64,000 nucleotides of DNA from Candidatus Bathyarchaeota archaeon. GTDB taxonomy: Archaea > Thermoproteota > Bathyarchaeia > Bathyarchaeales > Bathycorpusculaceae. The position numbers were made by a program, and so were the translations under genes. The stretch is from positions 64,001 through 128,000 of the forward strand of contig CAVTZU010000020.1 of the NCBI GenBank assembly GCA_963739305.1, given 5' to 3'. Below the pieces are notes generated by a model, which saw nothing but the letters and a program-made list of their open reading frames with translations, had not been told where the DNA came from and ran no database searches. Below, in pieces: positions 52,617 through 60,426 of the stretch; position 1 is the first letter of the stretch; every line of letters starts with the position of its first letter.

Positions 52617-52732
52617 TAGCGCATGAATATGGCTATACGTTGACGGAGATCGGGAAACTAACGCCTTTTCAATTTCAGTTTCTCATCAATTGGTTGACCT
52701 GGTTGAACAAGCAGGTGAAGAATAGACTTTGA
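52553..52732 (+). CDS. -1 frameshift extension of tail chaperone (gpT-like)
   Basis: PDTEAVQTWLNANKDAQYIGLIAHEYGYTLTEIGKLTPFQFQFLINWLTWLNKQVKNRL*; stop overlaps the tape-measure TTG. Confidence 0.8.
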   Translation, partial: PDTEAVQTWLNANKDAQYIGLIAHEYGYTLTEIGKLTPFQFQFLINWLTWLNKQVKNRL

Positions 52733-53886
52733 GCGAAATTAACATAGACGTCACCGCTACGGATGATGCTTCGGCCGTGATAGGGCAGGTAGCGTCGAAC
52801 ACTGCAGGCAGCATGGATGAAATCAAGAGTTCCAGCGAAAGCGTCACGAACGCCGTGAATCAAACAACGCAGAGTAGCCGACAAACAGCCTTAGCCTTCA
52901 ACAATGTTGCAACTAGCGGCACTGCCCTGTACATGAGTTTTGAACGTGTCCAAAACAGTCAAGTCGCATTGGACCGCGCTAACTTGATGGTTCTAAAAAG
53001 CACGGAAAGTCTTGATCAAGCCCAAAAAAACTATAATGAAACTGTCACAAAATACGGTGTCAACAGTGCACAAGCCAAAGATGCCTTAGACAAATTGAAC
53101 ATTGCACAGGAAGCACTTCGGGTCTCACAAGAACGTGCTGATATGGCACAGCGGAACTTGAATAATACGATGCTCAGTTCTGCGATGACTGTCATTCCAA
53201 GCCTAATAACAATGGTAAGCAGCCTCAGCAAAGCCTTAGGCGGATTATCAGGGATGTCTGAGACATTGAGCGGCATCGGATCCTCTGCAGGCGAAGCTGC
53301 AAGTGCTGTAGGGGTTGGGGGAGCAGCCGGCGCAGGCGCATTAGGAGCCGCTGCTGCAGTCGTGGCTATTCCTATCGCTGGACAATTCGCTGAGAGACAA
53401 GCTGCTGCTATCCAGGCAAACCCAGAACTCGAGGGGCTTATGACGATCCGCGGTGGGGGAGCTATGCCAACTGGAACGGAAGTGTCCACAAGTACAGTTG
53501 GGCAAGTTCTCCAGCAGAGTACGCAAGCAACAACTGCAGTTACAGCGGCAACCGATGCAATCACTCAAGCAGAAGCAACTCTCGCAATAATAGCGGAAAA
53601 AGGATATTTCAGTTATCCAGGAGTCACCTTTCAGCATGGCGGAATCGTAACGAGGCCGACCTTAGGGCTCGTTGGAGAAGCCGGACCAGAAGCAATCATT
53701 CCGTTGGATAAAATGAAGTCTGGCGTCACTATTCAAGGTCCACTCATCAATGTTGAAGGCAGCGTTGACAGAGCGACAGCCGATTATGTTCTCAGTCAGA
53801 TTGAGGCGAGACTGAAAAACATTATTCTGGACCCTTCATCTTCGCAGGCGCCTACTACTCACAAGAAAATTAGGTTTGGAGCCTAG
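52729..53886 (+). CDS. Short tape measure protein
   Basis: IDVTATDDAS start, Ala/Gly-rich helices, GGIVTRPTLGLVGEAGPEAIIPL. Confidence 0.85.
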   Translation: MSEINIDVTATDDASAVIGQVASNTAGSMDEIKSSSESVTNAVNQTTQSSRQTALAFNNVATSGTALYMSFERVQNSQVALDRANLMVLKSTESLDQAQKNYNETVTKYGVNSAQAKDALDKLNIAQEALRVSQERADMAQRNLNNTMLSSAMTVIPSLITMVSSLSKALGGLSGMSETLSGIGSSAGEAASAVGVGGAAGAGALGAAAAVVAIPIAGQFAERQAAAIQANPELEGLMTIRGGGAMPTGTEVSTSTVGQVLQQSTQATTAVTAATDAITQAEATLAIIAEKGYFSYPGVTFQHGGIVTRPTLGLVGEAGPEAIIPLDKMKSGVTIQGPLINVEGSVDRATADYVLSQIEARLKNIILDPSSSQAPTTHKKIRFGA

Positions 53887-53890
53887 AAGC

Positions 53891-54898
53891 ATGCCACTTC
53901 TGACAGAGCAAGAACGCTTAATCATGTCTGACATCTCGCTCATTGACGACACGACAGATTATCATACAGCCAGCTCAACCTTCGTAACATTGAATGACTA
54001 TGGCAACGTAACCTTGCCAACCGCAGGAATCCTCTTAATAGCTTTTACAAGCACAAACTCAAGTGTCAACAACGGCAACATTAGAATCAAAGTCGGCTCA
54101 AAATATGTCTTGTCACTTTTCATAGTCAGCGGCAACGGAAGTCAAGCGGGAGCAATCTATCTCGCAGCTGGAACCTATGACATTCTCGCTGAAGGATGCG
54201 TAGGGGGAAACACCGTCCACATAAGCAACATGAAAGTCGGCTATACAACCTTCAACGATCTGCAGGGCTCGGCTGAAGGCGTTTATAGTTCAAGCATTTC
54301 ATTGACGGTGGCAAACCGTAAAACACCGGTGGGAGCTCTAACTCAAGCAACATGGCTGGTTCAAGCCTTCGCCAACACGCCGTCTGGGCAGGCGAATTTT
54401 GAGAATGTTGGCGACAGCCTTACGAATGGCATCAGCATCACTATCGATGGCGTTCAGGTGAGTTGGAATAGTCGACAGCAGGATGCTTTAAGTCAGGGAG
54501 CTGCAAGCGCGATCCTCGCCCTGCCCTATTCAGTTGGATCCGCGCATACGGTTGAAATCACCAAGAGAAACGCGAACACAGTCGTTAACATCAGCATAAT
54601 CGCGTGCCCGTGGATTCTTTCATCCACCATCTACGAGCCCGTAGCCTTCGATTTCAGTCAAGGCTCAACCTACTACTGCACGTTGAACGCGTTGTTTACG
54701 GATCCCACTAAATTCATTGGAATAGGCATAGCCCGAGGCATCAGTTTCGGAGCAAGCTTCGACTATTACAACAGCAGTTCAGCCACCGGACTTTTGGCTT
54801 ACAGCATCACGATGGACGTGTACGATGTGACGTACCTGATTTGTCAGGCCAGTGGATTAGGCGGTTGCATCGAAATTGTTGCTGCAGACATCAGGTGA
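53891..54898 (+). CDS. Beta-rich tail-tip/minor structural protein
   Basis: Thr/Ser/Gly-rich, downstream of tape measure. Confidence 0.55.
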   Translation: MPLLTEQERLIMSDISLIDDTTDYHTASSTFVTLNDYGNVTLPTAGILLIAFTSTNSSVNNGNIRIKVGSKYVLSLFIVSGNGSQAGAIYLAAGTYDILAEGCVGGNTVHISNMKVGYTTFNDLQGSAEGVYSSSISLTVANRKTPVGALTQATWLVQAFANTPSGQANFENVGDSLTNGISITIDGVQVSWNSRQQDALSQGAASAILALPYSVGSAHTVEITKRNANTVVNISIIACPWILSSTIYEPVAFDFSQGSTYYCTLNALFTDPTKFIGIGIARGISFGASFDYYNSSSATGLLAYSITMDVYDVTYLICQASGLGGCIEIVAADIR

Positions 54899-54904
54899 CT
54901 TCAG

Positions 54905-55189
54905 ATGACGATCAAAATTAGCCAAGTTCAGACAAGCAGCGGCGAAATCGTGTTGACAGTGACCTATGATAATCCAAAGGGCTCGGGAAAACTCGTGTCG
55001 TATTCCCTTCATTACAGAGATCTTATTGATCGTCTTGTGCAGCTCAAGAGTCTTTTGGGACGAGCCCTAACACTCACAGATGCGCAGCAGGCTCTCGTAG
55101 AAATCATCAATGAAGTCCGCGCTAATCAGACAGGCGTTCCTCAAAACTTTGATTTCACACCTTACGTCGGGGTTGAACTTGAGACATGA
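54905..55189 (+). CDS. Hypothetical virion-associated protein
   Basis: AGGTGA RBS, operon coupling. Confidence 0.6.
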   Translation: MTIKISQVQTSSGEIVLTVTYDNPKGSGKLVSYSLHYRDLIDRLVQLKSLLGRALTLTDAQQALVEIINEVRANQTGVPQNFDFTPYVGVELET

Positions 55190-55542
55190 CTGTGACGCTT
55201 GACGGCAAAACCTTGGATTGTAAGCGTCTGTCTGAAGATTACGTGGCTATTAGCGTTCAATGGGACGCATGGGTCAATGCCGCGTACAAGAGGAAAATCA
55301 AGGTTTTTGGGGGAGCGCGAAAATGGAGGTTAGAATGCGTGGAGAATGGAGTTGTGTGGGCGAGCAGTAGCTGCAAGAGTTTTGAAGACTCTTTAGCGGC
55401 AGGATCAGCATTGACGTTTGCGGTTACGGATGAAGTGCGGGTGATTAGCACTTCAGTCTATGTTTTGGACGTGTCGATCGACGCTGCAGATCTTGGAGGA
55501 AAGAATATTCGGTATTTCACGTTAACTCTGCAGGAAGCATGA
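55186..55542 (+). CDS. Distal-tail-like protein
   Basis: VTLDGKTL...YFTLTLQEA pattern. Confidence 0.55.
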   Translation: MTVTLDGKTLDCKRLSEDYVAISVQWDAWVNAAYKRKIKVFGGARKWRLECVENGVVWASSSCKSFEDSLAAGSALTFAVTDEVRVISTSVYVLDVSIDAADLGGKNIRYFTLTLQEA

Positions 55543-55545
55543 TTT

Positions 55546-55749
55546 GTGGCTGCGGTGAAAGTGTTGGAGAAGTTTGCGAAAGAAAGGAAGTTTCGCCAGG
55601 AGTGGCTTAAGGCCTGGGAGCAGCTAGGGGCTCGGATTCTCCGGTTTCCGAAGTACATGCAAGCCATCATTCTTGAAGACGTGAACACGACCGTTGAGAA
55701 TCGTGTTGCGACTATGGAAATGATTCTTGAAAGCATGAAGAGACGGTGA
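55546..55749 (+). CDS. Small helical hypothetical protein
   Basis: Co-oriented ORF. Confidence 0.6.
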   Translation: MAAVKVLEKFAKERKFRQEWLKAWEQLGARILRFPKYMQAIILEDVNTTVENRVATMEMILESMKRR

Positions 55750-55758
55750 TCTGTTTTG

Positions 55759-56153
55759 ATGAGACATAAAGATGGTTTAGAGAAGCAGTTGGCGAGTTGC
55801 AGTCCTGGAGACTTGGTTTGCGTGGACTGGACAGATGCGAGCATTGGGAAGAGTTTGGGCAGCGGAATGGAGGTTGATGTTCCAGTGAAGAGCTGGGGCA
55901 TCTTTGTGGGTGCGATAGGGAAAAACAGCAAACATATCATGCTGGCTCAAAACAATTTTGCGTACATGCGACGGCGTCTATGATATTGATTACACTGCGA
56001 TTCCGGTTGCATGGATCAACATCCTTGACGGTGCTTGTCAAAAATCATTTGGCGCCTGAAGTTGCTAAGCATCTGTTAAATAGTTTCTTGATGGGCGGCA
56101 GACGTGCCCGATCCAAGGCGCAGCAGCGAATCTTCAATCATTCAACAGAATAA
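55759..56153 (+). CDS. Hypothetical protein (V.W.DA motif), two frameshifts
   Basis: GDLVCVDWTDAS...SWGIF continuing DGVYDIDYTAIP and ...FLMGGRR in shifted frames. Confidence 0.55.
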
Positions 56154-56163
56154 GCTGTTTTTG

Positions 56164-56419
56164 ATGAGAGATTGGATCAAGGAAGCTCTTACTCATAGAG
56201 CGGGGCCGAATAGCTCTCGTGGAAGGGTTAGAGTTGTGGTTGAACCGAGCCCGAAACTCGTTCTCTTAGTCAAATTTACGTTTGCTTGTATCGGTGTGCT
56301 TTCCTGCCTAGAAGCCGCTAAGTATTGCGTTTTTGGGCTCGTGGAATTATGAGGTTTTCGCTACGCTCTCAGGCTTGATCGGTACAGTTACCGGTGTACT
56401 GATCGGTCGTCATGCTTAG
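56164..56419 (+). CDS. Small two-TM protein, holin-like (one frameshift)
   Basis: LVLLVKFTFACIGVLSCLE + FLGSWNYEVFATLSGLIGTVTGVLIG. Confidence 0.5.
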
Positions 56420-56546
56420 GGCTGAAAGCGGAGAGAGCTCTCCGTACTGCAAGTTTGAGCCTTCTCCTGTTTCGTGAATCCCTTCTTTGCGGGACCCTTG
56501 GAGCTCTCTTCGCCAGCACACATTTGCGGTAATAGAGGTGATTTTC

Positions 56547-57026
56547 TTGGCAACTGTAAATGAGAAATTGTTAGCAGGTATCTTGGTTGCGGTAGTCATC
56601 ATTCTGGGCAGTGTAGTTGCCGTCTTAATGATGAATCGCCCGGTCTCGAGTACCGGAAAGATCAAGGCTATCAACTGTGAAGTCTGGGCTGATGTCAACT
56701 GTACGATTAAGCTTCAGCAGATCGATTGGGGCGTCTTGTCGCCAGGCGACGTCGCTGCGGTAACGCTTTGGATCCAGAATATCGGAAACATCAACGGCAC
56801 TTTAAGCTTCAACGTGACTGGCTGGCAATTCACGACGGTTACGCCGAACTCTACTGTGCCGGCCAACGCGTCAAGCTACCTGGTTTATTCATGGAATTAT
56901 TCGGGATCTGTCTTGAAACCGTTTGACGTCGTGCCCGTTCAGATGCAGCTTGCGGTTGCGCCTACTATTCAGAACATTGGCCAATTTAACTGCACGATCA
57001 ATATCTGGATCGCCGAGTTCAAGTAG
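56547..57026 (+). CDS. Membrane-anchored beta-sandwich protein
   Basis: N-terminal TM; IDWGVLSPG...IQNIGN. Confidence 0.7.
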   Translation: MATVNEKLLAGILVAVVIILGSVVAVLMMNRPVSSTGKIKAINCEVWADVNCTIKLQQIDWGVLSPGDVAAVTLWIQNIGNINGTLSFNVTGWQFTTVTPNSTVPANASSYLVYSWNYSGSVLKPFDVVPVQMQLAVAPTIQNIGQFNCTINIWIAEFK

Positions 57027-57064
57027 GCTTTCTTTTCATGGTCATTTCTGCGTTTTGACAGGAG

Positions 57065-57514
57065 GTGAATGCAACGAGTCAGTTTAAAGTCAACAGTATA
57101 CTAGCGGCGATAATCATCATCATAACGGTCGCTTTCATGTCCCTCGAGGTTCTGATCTGGACTGGTGAGCTTAAGGTCGAGGCGCTTGGAAACTTGAGTT
57201 ACGGACTTGATAAACTGCTTGAGAACCCGGCTTTCGTTGGGTTACTAGCAACATTGATAGTCGGCGCGGGCAGTGGTTTCATGCAGAACGTCTTCAAGAA
57301 GAACGACACTTTTGACCTGAAGAAATTCGCTGAAACATTCTTCTATTACGTGCCACTGCTGATTCTCATCGGGCAATTTCTCCCAGTGAATTACAGTGCA
57401 GTTCTGCTGTTCGTCATCGATGCGTTCAGCCGCGTCCTGCTAAAACTCGTTCCGACTGCGACGGTTCCAACTGCGCCGTTGCCAACCGCGGCTGCTCCAA
57501 CTGCCGCAAAGTAG
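57065..57514 (+). CDS. Multi-TM membrane protein
   Basis: GGAGGTG RBS/start; 3-4 hydrophobic helices. Confidence 0.7.
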   Translation: MNATSQFKVNSILAAIIIIITVAFMSLEVLIWTGELKVEALGNLSYGLDKLLENPAFVGLLATLIVGAGSGFMQNVFKKNDTFDLKKFAETFFYYVPLLILIGQFLPVNYSAVLLFVIDAFSRVLLKLVPTATVPTAPLPTAAAPTAAK

Positions 57515-57519
57515 CACCT

Positions 57520-57556
57520 TTCATTCCCCCTTTTCTTCGGGGTTCCCTTTTTGTTC
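57520..57556 (+). terminator. Probable terminator
   Basis: CCCC-TTTTCTT-CGGGG stem followed by T-rich tract. Confidence 0.45.
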
Positions 57557-57645
57557 ATTCAATCGTCGAAAGTGAATACTATGAGTTTAGGAAAATCGAA
57601 GCGTAAAGAATTGCAGAAGAGAGTTAACAGGAAGAAGTGTGTGCG

Positions 57646-59127
57646 ATGAACCGTAGACGTGAGTTCTTCTGGATCCGGCAGGTTAAGAGGACTTACGATC
57701 GGAGCCTTGGAAAGTTTTCTTTCAACATTTCCTACAGCACAGCAGTGAGTATCACGCCTAGGACGACTGCTGTTGCAGACGCGTTCGGGCTTGGCCTTGA
57801 TGAATCGCAGAAGTTCACGGTTCTTGATGTTGAATTGAAAATAAAGCCAGGTGACATCGTCTACGTGACGGGCGACAGCGGCAGCGGCAAATCTGTCCTT
57901 TTGCGAGCTATCAAGCAAGACCTGGACCAAGAAGCTTTAGACATCGAAGACATCGTCGTCGACCCGACGAAACCGTTGATCGAGACCGTCGGCAAAACAG
58001 TTGAGGAAGGCCTAGAATTACTGGCCAAGGTTGGCTTATCGGACGCATTCCTTTTCCTGCGAACCTTCGAGGAACTGAGCGACGGCCAAAAATACCGTTA
58101 CAAGATTGCCAAGATGATGGAGAGCAAGCCTCGGTTTTGGCTACTGGACGAGTTTGCCGCGACTCTGGACCGGGACACCGCGAAGATTGTTGCTTTCAAC
58201 CTGCAGAAATGGGCTAGACGGGAGGGCAGATGCGTGGTTGCAGCAACAACGCACAGGGATCTTTTCGCAGATTTGCAACCCGACGTTCATGTCCACAAGC
58301 GTTTTGGCAAAGAAATTGAAGTCACATACAGTCGTCAACACGCGAGTGCTGAGTGCAGTCTCTTGAAAGACATGCGAATTGAGAAGGGTTCAATGAAGGA
58401 ATGGGAAACGCTTTCCCACCTGCACTATCGTAGTCACAGAGTTCCGGCGCCAAGAAAAATCTTCTGCCTCAAGCGCGGTCGCGAAGAAGTATGCGGCGTA
58501 ATCGTGTACAGTTATCCTGCAGTGACTTGTTTCGGGCGAAGGTTGATGCTTCCAAGAATGAGCATTAAAGAGCTGAACACCAGGCTGAGTAACATTAGCA
58601 GAATTGTTGTTCATCCGAAATACCGGACGATAGGGCTGGGCTCAAAACTCGTTAGGGAAACGCTGGACCTAGCTGGCACTCCCTATGTTGAGATGAGTGC
58701 GGTGATGGCAAAGTACAATCCGTTCGCTGAGAAAGCCGGCATGCAAAAGGTTGCCGTGCAACAGCCACCGAAAGAAGCTGTGAAAATGCTTCAGGTCCTT
58801 GAAAACCTGAGGTTTAATCGTGAACTGCTAGGAAGCTCGAAGCATATTGCCGAAACCCTGAGGGGGCTGTCTCAAACTGAAGTTGCCCAATTGAAAACTG
58901 CCTTTGCCAAGTTTCGGCACACTAGGTTCAGCAAATCTTTCAGCCTCAGCCTGCCCTATGGTACGGTAGAAATGTATAGAAAACACATTCAGAAAGCAAG
59001 TTTGGAGAAGCTTGCTCTCTTGATCAGGATTTGCGGTTTCTTGATGCAGACTAAACAGTATCTTTTCTATCAAAGTGAACATGCAAATCCAAATGAAAAC
59101 CACGGCAAGAATCAGCCAGCGCCCTAG
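57646..59127 (+). CDS. ABC-type ATPase fused to GNAT acetyltransferase (COG2401-like)
   Basis: GDSGSGKS, LSDGQKYR, LLDEF, TTH; GNAT ISRIVVHPKYRTIGLG. Confidence 0.88.
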   Translation: MNRRREFFWIRQVKRTYDRSLGKFSFNISYSTAVSITPRTTAVADAFGLGLDESQKFTVLDVELKIKPGDIVYVTGDSGSGKSVLLRAIKQDLDQEALDIEDIVVDPTKPLIETVGKTVEEGLELLAKVGLSDAFLFLRTFEELSDGQKYRYKIAKMMESKPRFWLLDEFAATLDRDTAKIVAFNLQKWARREGRCVVAATTHRDLFADLQPDVHVHKRFGKEIEVTYSRQHASAECSLLKDMRIEKGSMKEWETLSHLHYRSHRVPAPRKIFCLKRGREEVCGVIVYSYPAVTCFGRRLMLPRMSIKELNTRLSNISRIVVHPKYRTIGLGSKLVRETLDLAGTPYVEMSAVMAKYNPFAEKAGMQKVAVQQPPKEAVKMLQVLENLRFNRELLGSSKHIAETLRGLSQTEVAQLKTAFAKFRHTRFSKSFSLSLPYGTVEMYRKHIQKASLEKLALLIRICGFLMQTKQYLFYQSEHANPNENHGKNQPAP

Positions 59128-59273
59128 CAAAAGCTCCATCGGCAGTACTCTGCAAGAAAAAAAGACCGGGGGGTAGGGTCTTTTAGACTGGTTTTCAATC
59201 AAAACCCATGTTGAGTAGGCCCTCAGTCAACCAACTATTACTCCCATTTTTCTGCAAGCCGCTCAACGCGCAC

Positions 59274-59654
59274 TTATTCGATTGGACTGTTTCGGTCGAA
59301 GTAGCTTATCTCCTTCTCAACCTCAACCTGAAAACCAGACTTCACCAAGAAATCCTGCACCGTATGCACGTAGCTGTCGTGCGCGCCATAAGACACGTCC
59401 ATCAGCCCCTTTCCAGCCGCACACGCGATTAACTCGATTCTCGTCTCACCGTCAGAAACCTCTTCCAGCGTGACCAACAACGCAGCATCGTTCTCCACCC
59501 TGAAAAAGTAGTGCTCACCAAGTATCACTCCTCTCAGCGATTCACCAGGCTTGCCGACCTTCCTCGCGTAAATGTCGCCGAACTCCGAGCTTAAAGCCTC
59601 AAACACTTTGTCAAAAGAGTCCCTAACCATGCACCTCAAATAGTGAGAGGTCAT
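59274..59654 (-). CDS. Hypothetical protein
   Basis: 126-aa ORF with RBS; GEHYFFRV motif. Confidence 0.65.
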   Translation of the reverse strand: MTSHYLRCMVRDSFDKVFEALSSEFGDIYARKVGKPGESLRGVILGEHYFFRVENDAALLVTLEEVSDGETRIELIACAAGKGLMDVSYGAHDSYVHTVQDFLVKSGFQVEVEKEISYFDRNSPIE

Positions 59655-59858
59655 GCCTGATTATCCCTCAAGTTAATCTGTTGCAGTTCATACGCTTAAA
59701 AGAGTTGTTCAAATTGTCCAGCGCGCGCAAAGTAGCCTGGATCCGTTTCGGCGCAGCCATTTGAATATGTCTCTCTTCATCTTGTTCTGTTTTGTGTACC
59801 ATGGTGTTCTGATGCATAGGATTTTGAACAACCGAGTAGATCTAACACCGAGAGTCTT

Positions 59859-60389
59859 ATGGACAAGTCAAGTTTGAGCGCCTTCTTCAGCGATTTACTA
59901 TACGTGTTTGGACTTGCAACTCTGTTGATGTCCGCTGTTTTGCCGTTCCTGACCGTTTCGCCCAGATCATTCATTCACCTCAACTGGCCTGGCACCATCG
60001 TTTTTCCTCAACAAGATTTCTCGACCTTCAAGATGACGTATGATCCCAGCTTTTATCCTCAATCCTACTATTTTGGCGATTACTGGTTTCGAGAGAAGTG
60101 GTTGACAACTCATTCGTTCCTGCCTGTTTCATACGCCCTTGTCGCGGCGTTTGTTTTGCAGATTATGACGTTGACCGTGGGATTCGGCGTTTTTTTGATG
60201 AAACGACTTCTCAGAGTCGTTCCTTTAATTTTATGCCTGGCCATTATTCTTCTGCTGACCTGGATTGTATTTTCCGTTTGGACTGACGGGAGGTACAGCT
60301 GGAATGTGGCTATTGGGTATTGGCTCAATTTTCCTTCGCCCCTGCTTGTCATGTCATCTGTTATCCTGAAAAGAAATACGAAGACCTAG
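59859..60389 (+). CDS. Four-TM membrane protein
   Basis: Hydrophobic helices; IGYWL. Confidence 0.65.
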   Translation: MDKSSLSAFFSDLLYVFGLATLLMSAVLPFLTVSPRSFIHLNWPGTIVFPQQDFSTFKMTYDPSFYPQSYYFGDYWFREKWLTTHSFLPVSYALVAAFVLQIMTLTVGFGVFLMKRLLRVVPLILCLAIILLLTWIVFSVWTDGRYSWNVAIGYWLNFPSPLLVMSSVILKRNTKT

Positions 60390-60426
60390 GACATTCATGT
60401 ACGAAGAATGGTTGATGGGATAGAGG

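Larger units (their letters stand above)
40997..59127 (+). mobile_element. Head-tail virus morphogenesis cluster (provirus remnant or GTA-like element)
   Basis: Co-oriented terminase, portal, protease, capsid, neck, tail tube, chaperone, tape measure; no integrase or replication gene seen. Confidence 0.9.
345..59728. repeat. Dispersed GCGCGCGC palindrome (14 perfect loci counted)
   Basis: Starts at 345, 642, 2229, 2985, 3192, 7152, 7365, 11446, 23843, 36094, 38121, 39432, 41373, 59721; near-matches at 1620, 18996, 25077, 40329. Confidence 0.9.
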
